Shown here: piece after piece, positions 13,130 to 25,852 of the stretch
Position numbering within the stretch: the stretch's first letter is position 1
How the letters are laid out: the number at the start of each line of letters is the position of its first letter
Assembly (NCBI GenBank): GCA_964016885.1
Contig: CAXHJY010001494.1
Span: 7,611-71,610 of the forward strand
DNA length: 64,000 nucleotides
Source: Eledone cirrhosa
Taxonomy: Eukaryota
Direction of reading: 5' to 3'
Translations under genes and position numbers: made by a program
Notes under the pieces: generated by a model
Databases searched by the model: none
Seen by the model: only the letters and a program-made list of their open reading frames with translations
What the model was told of the DNA's origin: nothing

Positions 13130-13134
<5 letters not shown>
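12950..13134. mobile_element. Family F1 asymmetric inverted dimer (Penelope-LTR-like)
   Basis: About 50-bp arms TATAGAAAAGGCTTCTACAGGACTAGAA... inverted around AATCATCATGATT (13032-13134); the left arm extends further. Confidence 0.7.
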
Positions 13135-13172
<38 letters not shown>

Positions 13173-13671
13173 GTTCCACACCAATTAGTTTACCATACCG
13201 AGAACAAATGGTGAACTAACTGTTGTGGAACTATTTCTACCAGACTCGTCCCATGGACTGAGTGCTCTATAACTACGGATATAACCCTCCAGTGTTCTAC
13301 TATTATATATATATATATATATATCCTTACGGGGTCGATAAAATAAAGTACCAGTAATACACTGGGTAATTGCTGGCCTTGTGCCAAAAGTAGAAACAAT
13401 TATTATATATATATATGCACACACACCCATACATGCTTACATATATGTGTCTGTATGTATACGCAAAGTGTTGCAGGGTTGTGTACATTTCTATCATTTA
13501 GACACCAAATGTACTTTGACAATGAAGTGGAGTTGACTTCCTTCAATTTCATCAACGAATGGGGATTTTGTGTATATCGTTATGTAGAAATTTGAATGAA
13601 AGACAGAAAAATGAGTTCAACGTATCGGAATTTAGTCCTTCGTCAGGAGAGTACAAAGAGTAAGATAGAAT

Positions 13672-13732
<61 letters not shown>

Positions 13733-14273
13733 TTAGACACACACACATACACACACACACACACATATATATTTCATCTATCTACTAATATTTCAAGTTT
13801 CAAATTTTTTTCAATTAAATTTCTCCAAATCTATATTTTAAATGCCGGAGGATAGTTTCGATGAGGAATTAAATTGAGGGATATATTTTATTCTGAAATA
13901 TTGAAGTATATCATTTTATTTTTCTCTTCCTTAAAATTCAATTAAGCTCGTCTTTTTTTAAGACAAAAAATAATGTATATACATATATTCAAACATACAT
14001 ACAGCCATACATAAATACATATACACACATATTTTCTCTCCCTCTCTCGCACAGATATATATATATATATATATTAGAGATATATATATATATATATATA
14101 TAGATAGATAGATATATATATGCACGTATATATATATATATATATATACGCATGTATGTATGCACATATATATGTGTGTGTGTATAGTCATGCATACAAA
14201 GAAAAAGGAGAGAGCAATGAACTATGGAAGCTCAGAATATTTATATTAAAGATTTCAGTTATTCAGGCCTGTC

Positions 14274-14359
<86 letters not shown>

Positions 14360-14420
14360 AGAGAGAGAGTGAGAGAGAGAGAGAGAGTATGCGTTTCTGA
14401 GACCGAGCAGATCACAAATC

Positions 14421-14642
14421 AAATACCGGTCGCTCTCCGACAGGTTTGCGGTTGTACTCTTGGCAGTGGAGACTTCTGGTGTCCTCTGCCCTTGGGTTAC
14501 CTCCCTACTCACCACAATAGGCGCTGAGCTGGCCAGCCGCAGGTGTGAGCGTCGCGAGCTGGAATAGCTTTTTCAGCGGGGCTCCCTTGCCGTCCTCCGA
14601 GGAAACGCCTTCTCCATTCTGTCCGCCGGGTCTGTGGAGTGA
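14421..14642 (+). pseudogene. CRE-clade non-LTR retrotransposon restriction-like endonuclease C-terminus
   Basis: KYRSLSDRFAVVLLAVETSGVL...ELE*LFQRGSLAVLRGNAFSIL matches the CRE KY..AVETxG..QRxSxAxxRGNA motif; one in-frame stop. Confidence 0.8.
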
Positions 14643-15205
14643 CCACCAATATGATTGACTGACTTGTCATTTTATCAGTCAGATGTTCTAATGATTCTAT
14701 ATATATATATATGGCTAAACTTTAGGTTTCTACTTTTTTACTTTATATACATACAGTTACATAGATTCGTCCCTTTTAACAGTTATTCCTTGCGTTCGAC
14801 TTTTCAAATTATTTCTATGAATTTTAGTTCCTGTGTTCCATTAAAATATTTGATATTAGCAGCAGTTTTTGATATTTAGCCTTCCATTTTGAAAACACGC
14901 AATAAAATTGTTCAAATTTGGATTTTTCTACAATTTTTAATTTGACAGCCTAAAATAATGAAGAATAAACAAAAAAGAAATAACGCCAAAATTTTTCGAA
15001 TAAAGCAGAAGAACGGAATCTCTGTTACAAAATGGCTGCGGTGCACGACTGATTATGTTAAATGAATGTTTATTCTAAAATAAGCATCATATTTTGAAAT
15101 AACTCGAACCGTAATTATTTTAGCACAAACATATTATACACACACACACACATACACACATACACACACAAATACATACACATGCACATACATACTTACA
15201 TACGT

Positions 15206-15291
<86 letters not shown>

Positions 15292-15375
15292 GTGTGTGTG
15301 TAGATAGATAGAGGGATAGATAGGAGGGTAGATAGATAAATAGATAGGTAGATAGATAGATAGATAGATAGATAT

Positions 15376-16008
15376 GTTTCTTTATTAGCCACAGGGGCAC
15401 AAAAGAAGGGGACAAATATAAAGGGGGAAATTTACATACCATAAAAACGTGTAAAATACTATCACAAATACAATTTAAAAGTTAATCGATTTTCCCCAAT
15501 AGGGGGAGACAGTTCATATGGGTAACACATACCCCCGAAAAAATGTGCAACCCTCATCTCCAGGAGTACGAAGAGTTTGTACTCCTTTCCTCTCCTCCTC
15601 CTTTTCCTCAACCTACAGGCTGATATAGAGAGAAGGGCCATTCACTCGGGCCATTCTCGCCACTTTCACCTTTCATAAAACTTGCTGGGGTACAGCACCT
15701 CTCTCTCCATCCTGATTCTTCTTCCAAAGTGGTATTTGAAAAAAAGAATCAGTTGTTGGCCGGAGAGAAAGGTGTCTGACCTCAGTCCTTTTAACCTCGT
15801 CCACCATACAACCTCTTTCGCCATAGCTATCACACAAAGGAAAACCGCCTCTCCTTCGTTTTTGAAGGAGGGTGGCGGTTTGATCATGACAATGGACTCG
15901 GTGGTCAACCGGATTGGTCCCACCCGCGACAAAAGTCGTTCTACATAGCCCCACAGGTCAGTGACGCCCGGGCAGTGTATGAATGCGTGCGCGACGGTTT
16001 CTTCGTTA
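15376..16008 (-). mobile_element. Tx1-family LINE 3' remnant, subfamily B, in a GATA tract
   Basis: Encodes EETVAHAFIHC...SRVGPIRLTTESIVMIKPPP...[16 protein letters not shown] plus 3' UTR ending AATAAAGAAA; GATA repeats on both flanks. Confidence 0.92.
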
Positions 16009-16202
16009 AGATAGATAGATAGGTAGATAGATAGGTTGAATTATATATATATATATATATATATTATTGAAGGTACACGTTTAAGTGCGCTGCATCGAAG
16101 GAAATAACGATATGTATACTCTGGGAGTTTATTTAAAATTACCTATTGAGTACGCTGAGATGCAACCGGTCCTAGCAGTGATACCCATGCTAGTTCCGTC
16201 AA

Positions 16203-16263
<61 letters not shown>

Positions 16264-16419
16264 TTTAAATAATAAATAAATCAACTAATACCTTAACACT
16301 TCACACAAAGTAAAACATTTCGTTTTAATCATTTTCTAACCCAGAAAAACGAGAGAGAGAGACAAAAAAAAAAGGAAAAAAAAATTTTTTCTTCCTCGTA
16401 ATCGTCTCTTTCTCCCTGT

Positions 16420-16506
<87 letters not shown>

Positions 16507-16701
16507 GCGAGAATCGTATTTCGGCTGGTAGAAAAAGCGAAACGAAACGCAAAATCGTAGAAATGCTGGCAAGCGCTCCAATAGTTAAGAAAACTAGAGC
16601 TAAACAATATGTTAAAACGCCATACAAACTGAAAAGTGGTCAAGAAGGCATTAACCACCTAAGCCAAAAAACAAATCAAGCTAAACAGGTCAAACAAAAT
16701 A

Positions 16702-16788
<87 letters not shown>

Positions 16789-16839
16789 TAGTAATATAGA
16801 GACGAAATTGTTTTCGATGTTACAATTTCAAAAGTCCAT

Positions 16840-17145
16840 TTTTGCCTTTCATCCTTACGGGGTCGATAAAATAAAGTACCAGTAATGCACTGGGTAATTT
16901 GCTGGCCTTGTGCCTAAAGTAGAAACAATTATTATTATTAATAATATAGAGTGGTTGATTGGCAGTATCGGTAGAGGGTTGGACGCCATGCTTTCTAGCA
17001 CAGAGTTACGTCCCTTTATGATCTGAGTTCAAATCCCGCCGAGGTTAACTTTGCCTTTCATCCTTACAGGGTCGATAAAATAAAGTACCAGTAATGTACT
17101 GGGTATTTGCTGGCCTTGTGCCTAAAGTAGAAACAATTATTATTA
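16840..17145 (+). mobile_element. Partial plus full SINE-A in tandem
   Basis: Family consensus at about 16840-16935 and 16952-17145. Confidence 0.85.
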
Positions 17146-17154
17146 TTAATAATA

Positions 17155-17453
17155 TTGTGGTTCTGTAACTCCTCATAGAGTCGTATGGTGCGCCATATTG
17201 ACATACGGGGTTTCTCAGGTCTGAATACAGCAGATTTCTTCCAGAGAAGGATAGGGAGTGAGAGAAAGGAAATAAGGAAGAGATATGGAGGAGGAATCGA
17301 GCCCAGTACTAGAATGGTGCTTTTTTTTTATCGGCCTCGAAAGGATGAAAGGCGAAGTTGACCTCGACAGGATTTGAACTCAGACTGTAAAGGGCCGTAA
17401 CTCCATACTGCAAAGCATGGTGTCCGACTCTCAACCGATCCTGTCAATCCACC
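17155..17453 (-). mobile_element. SINE-A variant with extended tail
   Basis: SINE-A head at 17296-17453; tail at 17155-17290 is homologous to 47940-48130. Confidence 0.6.
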
Positions 17454-17697
17454 GTTTGGAGTCAGAAAGCCGAAAGGAATGCCCTAAAGTATTCTAACTT
17501 CGTTGATACTGACGCTCTACCGACCCTGCCAAATCGCCGTGTTATTACTATAACGGAAGTCTGACGAGCTTTTGATTTCAGACTCGGGCTAGATCGATAC
17601 AGATCGAACCTTGAGCTGATCAATCACGAAAACGCGCGTGGCACCTCAATAAATGTAATGAAGATCTAACATTTCGTCCTCTTTATTATAAGTAGCA

Positions 17698-18062
<365 letters not shown>

Positions 18063-18126
18063 CACTTCGATTACCTGTACAGGCAATATTTCTTAGAATG
18101 CAGTTAACGTGTGTATACATATATAC

Positions 18127-18173
<47 letters not shown>

Positions 18174-18252
18174 CATATACATTATGTATATATATACATA
18201 TACATTATATATATACATTATATATATATACATTATATATATACATATACAT

Positions 18253-18292
<40 letters not shown>

Positions 18293-18442
18293 CATACATA
18301 TACATACATAAATATATACATACACACAAGGTATATATATTTACATATACACACACTCACACATACTTAAATTCGTACTCACTCACCTACATACACACAG
18401 ATTCATGCACAGATACGCACACATTCATACGACACACACACA

Positions 18443-18484
<42 letters not shown>

Positions 18485-18995
18485 CTCTCATATACATACA
18501 TTTACATATATAATTATATATAATAATACCTATAAACAAACATACATTCTACATCTATTTATGGTAGACTTTGTATACACATCACCGTGTATATTCTCAT
18601 CTTTCCCAATTACTTAAAATGGTGGAAATACGGAAGATTTTTTTAAAAAATCCGCCATGTTTTTTTGTGAATTTTTTTTTATATATCTCGTTTCATTTCA
18701 TTATTCTGTTGCTGTTGTTGTTGCTGTCGTTGTTTTTATTGTTGTATTCCCAGTTGTTGTTGTTTTTGCTAGTATTGCTAGTTTTGTTACTGTTCCTTTC
18801 GTTGAAGAAGAAGAAGTTGTTGTTGTTGTAATGGTGGTGATTTTTTTTAGTTGTTGTTGTTGTAATAGTAGTGATTCTTTTTTAGTTGTTGATGTTGTTG
18901 TTTGTTGGTATTCTTAGTTTATATTAGTGTTGTTGTTGTTGTTGATATAGTTGTTGCTGTTGTCATATTTATTCAAATTATTTTCGCTCTTGTTT

Positions 18996-19029
<34 letters not shown>

Positions 19030-19663
19030 CGTCGTCATTGTTGTTATTGTTGTTATTTTTTACATTTGTTTCTGTTCTAGTTGTTGTTGTCGTTGCTCTA
19101 CATACACATATACATACATACATACGGCGTATGTACATATACATACATATATACAAACGTACGTACATATATACATACATATAAATGATATATATACATA
19201 CATATAATATATATATATACATATCTACATACATACTGTGTATGTACATATAGTTGTACATACTCTATATTCATTATACACTATATACACGCACTAGTAT
19301 ACTTACCCAGTCACACTAAATACATACATGAGTGTGTATGCACTATGTACATACATAGTGCATTAAATATATATATATATACACTCACTATATAGTATGT
19401 ATATACAATAAGATACACTGCCGGTAAAGTAGTTTGGACAACCTCGATCTATCAATAATGACGAAATCGAGAAAAAATCGATAACTGGACAAGACACGAG
19501 GCACTCGGTGTCTTGATAGGAAAACAATGAGATAGCCTCTATGTGGTTCGTTGACATGCTAGAAATAGCAGTCAAATCTCTATATGTATATCAATTTATC
19601 TTTCTATTTACATGTTTCTAACCACACATCTGTCTACCTATATGTCCGTCTGTCTGTCTCTCC

Positions 19664-19737
<74 letters not shown>

Positions 19738-19740
19738 ATA

Positions 19741-20104
19741 ACCACTTTAGAAGAAGAATCAGGATGGAGAGAGAGGTGCTGTACCCCAGCAAGTTTTATG
19801 AAAGGTGGGTGAAAGTGGCGAGAATGGCCCGAGTGAATGGGCCTTCTCTCTATATCAGCCTGTAGGTTGAAGAAAAGGAGGAGGAGAGGAAAGGGGTACA
19901 AACTCTTCGCACTCCTGAAGATGAGGGTTGCACATTTTTTTCGGGACCTATGTGTTACCCATATGTAATGTCTCCCCCTATTGGGGAAAATCGATTAACT
20001 TTTAAATTGTATTTGTGATAGTATTTTACACGTTTTCATTGTATGTAAACTTCCCCCTTTATATTTGTCCCCTTCTTTTGGGCCCCTGTGGCTAATAAAG
20101 AAAC
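19741..20104 (+). mobile_element. Tx1-family 3' remnant, subfamily B
   Basis: [40 protein letters not shown] plus 3' UTR; directly follows (CTAT)n at 19664-19738. Confidence 0.92.
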
Positions 20105-20252
20105 ATATATATATGTAGAAGTTATATTTAATTTGTTGGGATTCCAACCAACTTAAAAGTTTATAACTGATATAGTTTATAACTATCCAGTGAATTTTCA
20201 ACCGTCAAGGTTGTTTTCCATGGTTATGTCACTATTTATAAAACAAACTTTG

Positions 20253-20317
20253 TATTTTATCTGATGAAAGTGCACCAAGATTGGCTTGGTTGGCCTTGAA
20301 ATCTATATAATAAAATA
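20253..20317 (+). ncRNA. Minimal type I hammerhead in a ~250-bp Penelope-LTR-like repeat (20115-20360)
   Basis: TATTTTAT-CTGATGA-AAG..ACCAAG/CTTGGT..CTT-GAAA-TCTATA-TA-ATAAAATA; 8-bp stem I; paralog at 35772-36005 (-). Confidence 0.75.
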
Positions 20318-20355
20318 ATTATGGTTTTATAAATATAGTTTCCATTTATTAATAT

Positions 20356-20408
<53 letters not shown>

Positions 20409-20551
20409 CGATAAATTAACGGAGGCATAGGCCCTCGCTATTCCCTTTAAATAATGTGCTCAAAGGAGAAGAGATTCTGAGCTCTTTAAAATACAATATG
20501 TTGAGAAGGTAACACACTATATATCTCTCTCTGGTGTGTTACCTTCTCAAC

Positions 20552-20592
<41 letters not shown>

Positions 20593-20630
20593 CAGCACTC
20601 TTCCTTTACCTTTTCTACGGAAATATATAT

Positions 20631-20680
<50 letters not shown>

Positions 20681-20794
20681 CATATATATATATATATGCA
20701 CATACATATATATATATATATGCACCTGTCTATCTGACTATCTGCCTGTAGATCTACCTGCCTATCCATCTGTATCTATCTATCTATCTATCTA

Positions 20795-20985
20795 TATGAA
20801 AATGTTCATGACACCGACGGCTGAGCTCCGGCCATTTCGACAGCTAGATCCGAACTGTTCGGCTCTAGCCGTCGAAACGGCCGGAGCTCAGCCGTCGGGG
20901 ACCTGACGTTTCATATTACCCACTCTACTGCCCCAAGTATCGAGTACTCTGGTGGGTTATGGTCCACCTGGTATTTTACTACCAC
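20795..20985. mobile_element. Family F2 asymmetric inverted dimer
   Basis: CCGACGGCTGAGCTCCGGCC.TTTCGAC.GCTAG arm and its reverse complement, then tail ACCCACTCTACTGCCC.AAGTATCGAGTACTCTGGTG. Confidence 0.7.
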
Positions 20986-21111
20986 CTATCTCATCTGCTT
21001 ATCTCTCCATTAATCTAGCCGTCTATCTACCTATCAATATGAATGATGCTGAACCTACGGCTGAGCTGATGCTGTTTCAACAGCTAATTCCGAACTGTCA
21101 ATCAGTCTGTC

Positions 21112-21178
<67 letters not shown>

Positions 21179-21324
21179 GAAGGACTAGCGTCCGAAACGT
21201 TAAGACCCTCTTCCTGCTATATCAAGCGTTAACCTAATATATCCCTTCCATATACTGTACCGATTGTGTTGTTATTTCTGTTTACCTTTTACACACACAC
21301 ACACACATATATATATGTGTGTGT

Positions 21325-21545
21325 GTGGTGAAGGCGTGTGGCTGAGTGGTTAGAGAATTGGATTCGCAATCGTAAGGTTGTGAGTTCGATTCCTGGACCA
21401 GGCGATGCGTTATGTCCTTGAGCAAGACACTTTATTTCACGTTGCTCCTTCTACCTGGAGTTGCGACCGATAGATAGTATTAGCAATTGGAAAGACCAAC
21501 GGAAACATTGTTCCCTCGGTCCGATTTGACGAAAGTCGATCGTTC
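21325..21545 (+). mobile_element. CORE-type tRNA-derived SINE-B, full length
   Basis: A box TGGCTGAGTGG, B box GAGTTCGATTCC, CORE-like GTCCTTGAGCAAGACACTTTATT. Confidence 0.8.
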
Positions 21546-21551
21546 CTTAAA

Positions 21552-21597
<46 letters not shown>

Positions 21598-21651
21598 CCA
21601 TCCATCTACCTATCAATCTATCCATCCATCTACCTATCAATCTATCTATCT

Positions 21652-22390
21652 ACCAACAACTGCACAACCAACACAATCACCACAACTACCACTACAAAAA
21701 CAACCACCACAGCTCAAACCAAAACAAAACAATGTCCAACCCATCCCCTCTACTCAAAAAACAAAAACAATTTCCAAAACACCCGTACCGCAAACACAAC
21801 CCGAAAATATACCCCTCCCCTCCAACGCGGAAGATGACCCTAGTTCGTCGTCAGACGAGGAGGAGCACTTCCACACAATCAAAAGAAAAAAAAGAAAACA
21901 CACCTCAGACACACAAATGAAAAAAACCCCTCCCCAAAACATAACACTGACACCAACACAAAAGAGCTCACAACAGCAAACAAAAAACACCACACAAAAA
22001 CAAAAACATGCATACACATACATAAATACAAGAAACAAAAAACTGTTAAACATTGTGTACAACAACAATCTAATAAAAACACAAGGGCCTAACTTCACCC
22101 AGGCAGGGGATTTCCCCCACCTCAAAATGATTAAGGCCCCACAGGACACCTATAAAACTTTAAAAAACAATTTTAAAGAGGACGTGGGTCCCCCCTGCGT
22201 CGGGCCCATTAACCGCGTCCTCCTAAAAAACTATCCCACCCCCTCCCCAAACACCCCCACAACTCCAAGCTCCCCAACCACACAACACACTGATGCCCCC
22301 ACACTTCCACAAACCACCACCCCACCCAACAACCCATCCCCCACCCTAATGGAAATTGTGCAGCCCGATACCCGGGACGCAGAGAGGTAA
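21652..22390 (+). pseudogene. Truncated ORF1 C-terminal part of copy 1
   Basis: Nearly identical to copy 2 ORF1 (PTTAQPTQSPQ...PDTRDAER*); lacks the N-terminus and zinc knuckle. Confidence 0.9.
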
Positions 22391-22414
22391 GTGCCTTTTC
22401 TCTTCACCACCAAC

Positions 22415-25400
22415 ATGGCTATGCTAAGAGTAGGCTGTTTAAATGCGCGTGGCCTGGGCTCAACTTGGAAGCAAGCAATGCTTCTAAATGACCTCAGGTC
22501 ACAACGTATAGATGTGATGGTTATTTGCGAGGCCCGGATCAGCAACGTGCGACAGCTGGCCCCCACCTTTGATGACTTTGAGATGCACGCATCTCTCTGT
22601 CAGCCCGGAGGTGGGGGTGGAGTTGTCGTTCTGCTGCAAAAACATCTGGGTCTCTCAACACAGATGGTACATTTGGACCCGGAGGGTCGACTAGTGGTTC
22701 TGGACCTTGGCAGTGGTAAAGGCGGAGCGTTTAGGTTGGTAGCCGCCTACGGCCCTTTCGGGTCAATGCGGCCGGACTTCTTCCATCGTCTGGAGACTTT
22801 TCTAGGGACGTCCCGCTCCTTGCTATTAGTGGGGGACTGGAATGGTATCCTAGATGCACGCTGGGACTACGTAGGGGCCTGCCCCGATAGAGAGGGGTGT
22901 AATAGCCTCAAAGGGTTAATCGGTCGATTTGACCTGGCCGATAGATATCGACTAGATTTTCCGACTGCGCCAACCTGGACTCGGGCAAATCGTAGCGGAT
23001 CATCTAGGTCGTACCTAGATAGGTTCTTAGTTAGAATTAAGGATAAGGACTTTTTAAGTTGTCCAAAAATGCGCATGGTTGGCTATTCAGACCACAAATT
23101 AGTGACCTGCATGGTCAACCTTGACAGAACTCATAGACAGGGCCCCGGTTACTGGAAGCTCAACTTGTCCTTGCCGGCAAGTAGAGCCTACAGGAATCGG
23201 ATTAGTACGTTAGTTAAGGAACGGTTGACTGGAGCGATCGTCAACAGCAGGTGGTGGGTATCTCTAAAGAGAGAGATTAGAGTAGTCTCGATAGAATTTA
23301 GTAAGGTTCTAGCTGCGGATAGGAATAGGAAGGAAAGGGAGCTAATAGATAGAGTAGAAGAGGCAATTAGAAGCGGCGACGTGGCCAGAGTGCTAGCGTC
23401 GAGAACGGCTTTGAGCCAGTTTTTCGACGCGAAGCACGAAGGCTGCGTTGTCCGAAGTAAAATACGTGCTCTAGGGAACGAGGGGACCAAAGCTGTTAGC
23501 TGGGCCCGCGTGACAGAGGCCAACAGTGGAACTAAATCCACCATCCGGTCTTTGCGAGACCTGGATGGACGGGCGATTCTTGAGCCTAAGCAGATGTGTG
23601 AGGCCTTTCAAAGGCACTTTGCCCGACTGTTCGGGAGGGGCGGGGAGCCGGTTGGGAACGTGGACTTCGGTCCATACCTCGACGGCCTGCCGCGCCTCTC
23701 GGACAGGGAGGCGAAGTCCTGCGAGGGGCCGATTTCGGCCGCTGAGATAGAGGACGTGCTGAGCCAATGCGGCAAACGCAAATCCCCGGGTCTCGATGGT
23801 CTTCCTTACGAATTATATCTAGCTATGCCGGACTTGTTCCCCGATCTCCTCGAGGCGGTCTACTGCAACTGGCAACAGAACGGGAGAATTCCCTGTACTG
23901 TGACCAAGGGCGTAGTCACGCTAGTGAGGAAGGACGAGAACAAGGGGGACGAAATAAGTAACTTCAGGCCCATAACTCTGCTAAATACAGAGTTACAGAT
24001 TTTGGCCAAGGTGCTAGCAAAGAGGTTGGCGCTTGTCGTGGGCAACCTGGTGGGAGATGCGCAGACATGCGCTATCCCGTCCAGGTCCATCCATGACAAC
24101 CTCCACCTCATGCGATACATCATAGAGAGGGTTGGGAACGAACCCGGCTTTGGTGGGGCTCTGATCAACTTGGATCAATCTAAGGCGTTCGATAGGGTCG
24201 ACCATGGTTACCTGGATGCGGTGCTAGCGGCGGCAGGCTTCGGACCCGTTTTCAGGGGCTGGATCACTGCTATGCACAGCAGCCGCATCTGCTCTAGGGT
24301 CAAGGTGAACGGCTACCTCTCGGAGCCGTTCAAAATCGCGCGGTCCATCCGACAAGGGTGCCCTCTCTCCTCCCTTCTGTATGTGTTGACTCTCGAGCCA
24401 CTACTGCGGAAGTTGGAGTTGTTGCAGGGCATCCCTTTGGAACCGGGATTGCGGAAAGCGGTGTCGGCCTACGCCGATGACGTGACAGTAATGGTGTCGA
24501 CGGCCTCCGAAATCGAGGCGGTCGGCACCTTACTGGAGGAGTACGAAAAATTCACAGGGGCTAAGCTGAACCGGGACAAGTCGATCGGTTTGCAACTCGG
24601 CACGTGGAGGGGCAGACCGATGCCCTCCGATAGCGTCGTCGGACGCTGGACGGAGGGCCCGGTGAAGTTGCTCGGGGTCTGGTTCGGACCGGACCTCCAG
24701 GTAGAGAAAAACTGGGCGGAGGTTACGAACAGGGTGTTTGCACTGACCCAGAAGTGGGCCAGTTGCAAACTATCCCTGAAAGGTCGGGCGGAGGTGGCGA
24801 ACACCTACATAGCGTCCGTCATCTACTACCGCCTGACCGTAGTACCCTGCCCAAGGGAAACCCTCACCAAGATGGAGCGCGCGCTCTTCCAATTCCTTTG
24901 GAAGAGGCGGGCTCCTATGGTGAGGAGATCCATCTGCTGTCAACACCCTTCGAAAGGAGGGCTGGGGATGCCGTGGCTAATGATGCGTAAACACGCATTA
25001 AGGCTACGGCACCTCTACGTATTCCTCACCGGACAACCGGTGTGGGCCTCGTTTGTGAGACGAACCTTTCCCAGACTCGTCTCACTCACCGAGCTGCAAT
25101 CCTGGGTCAAGCAGAGACCGAGAAAACTGGGCGCCTGGCACACTGAGTGTGCCCAGGCGCTCACCGCCCTCTGGCAGGCGGATCCGGTTATCAGTGGAGA
25201 CTCCACCGCAACATTCTATAGAGGGCTGGTACGCAGCAGGTGCGACGACGCCCTCGGAGAAGCCCTAGACATGGAGGAGGACGAACTGGCCAGCCTGTTC
25301 GGTAGGACATTCAGCCCGGGACCTATGGACAACTTCCAGAAGTCCCTGGCCTGGCAGTGCTACCGAGGGGCTTTACCCGTTCGAGAAAGGCTCTACAGAC

Positions 25401-25852
25401 ACGGGCGCCCGGGTAGGGACCCCGCCAAAAAGATCTGTCCCAGATGCGTGTGCGACGAGGAAACCGTTGCACACGCATTAGTACACTGCTCGGGCGTAGC
25501 CGATCTGTGGGGCTATGTCGAACAACTGCTGTCAAGGGTGGGACCGATCCGGTTGACCACCGAGTCTATTGTAATGATCAAGCCGCCTCCCCCCTTCAAA
25601 GATGAAGCAGAGGCGGTGTTTCTGTGCGTAATAGCCATGGCGAAAGAGGTTGTATGGTGGACGCGTCTGAAAGGACTGAGGTCGGGCACCTTTCTCTCTG
25701 GCCAACAACTGGTCCGTTTCTTCCGATATCATTTCGGAAGAAGGATCAGGATGGAGAGAGAGGTGCTGCACCCCAGCCGTTTCTATGAAAGATGGGTGAA
25801 AGTGGCGAGAATGGCCCGTGTGAATGGGCCTTCACTCTACATCAGACTATAG
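22415..25852 (+). CDS. Tx1/L1-group ORF2: APE endonuclease, reverse transcriptase, C-terminal CCHC
   Basis: LNARGL, ICEAR, GDWNG, YLDR, SDH (APE); SPGLDG, FRPITLLN, DQSKAFDRVDH, RQGCPLS, YADD (RT); CPRC..ETVAHALVHC. First ATG at 22415 (CAACATGG); the frame is open from 22391. Confidence 0.96.
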   Translation: MAMLRVGCLNARGLGSTWKQAMLLNDLRSQRIDVMVICEARISNVRQLAPTFDDFEMHASLCQPGGGGGVVVLLQKHLGLSTQMVHLDPEGRLVVLDLGSGKGGAFRLVAAYGPFGSMRPDFFHRLETFLGTSRSLLLVGDWNGILDARWDYVGACPDREGCNSLKGLIGRFDLADRYRLDFPTAPTWTRANRSGSSRSYLDRFLVRIKDKDFLSCPKMRMVGYSDHKLVTCMVNLDRTHRQGPGYWKLNLSLPASRAYRNRISTLVKERLTGAIVNSRWWVSLKREIRVVSIEFSKVLAADRNRKERELIDRVEEAIRSGDVARVLASRTALSQFFDAKHEGCVVRSKIRALGNEGTKAVSWARVTEANSGTKSTIRSLRDLDGRAILEPKQMCEAFQRHFARLFGRGGEPVGNVDFGPYLDGLPRLSDREAKSCEGPISAAEIEDVLSQCGKRKSPGLDGLPYELYLAMPDLFPDLLEAVYCNWQQNGRIPCTVTKGVVTLVRKDENKGDEISNFRPITLLNTELQILAKVLAKRLALVVGNLVGDAQTCAIPSRSIHDNLHLMRYIIERVGNEPGFGGALINLDQSKAFDRVDHGYLDAVLAAAGFGPVFRGWITAMHSSRICSRVKVNGYLSEPFKIARSIRQGCPLSSLLYVLTLEPLLRKLELLQGIPLEPGLRKAVSAYADDVTVMVSTASEIEAVGTLLEEYEKFTGAKLNRDKSIGLQLGTWRGRPMPSDSVVGRWTEGPVKLLGVWFGPDLQVEKNWAEVTNRVFALTQKWASCKLSLKGRAEVANTYIASVIYYRLTVVPCPRETLTKMERALFQFLWKRRAPMVRRSICCQHPSKGGLGMPWLMMRKHALRLRHLYVFLTGQPVWASFVRRTFPRLVSLTELQSWVKQRPRKLGAWHTECAQALTALWQADPVISGDSTATFYRGLVRSRCDDALGEALDMEEDELASLFGRTFSPGPMDNFQKSLAWQCYRGALPVRERLYRHGRPGRDPAKKICPRCVCDEETVAHALVHCSGVADLWGYVEQLLSRVGPIRLTTESIVMIKPPPPFKDEAEAVFLCVIAMAKEVVWWTRLKGLRSGTFLSGQQLVRFFRYHFGRRIRMEREVLHPSRFYERWVKVARMARVNGPSLYIRL

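Noticed and set aside
22391-22414. GTG start for ORF2
   Set aside because: Eukaryotic context; ATG at 22415 has a good CAACATGG context and precedes the APE N-terminal motif.
22867-25771. Antisense and alternate-frame short ORFs in Tx1 ORF2
   Set aside because: Shadow ORFs of a GC-rich coding region with no motifs.
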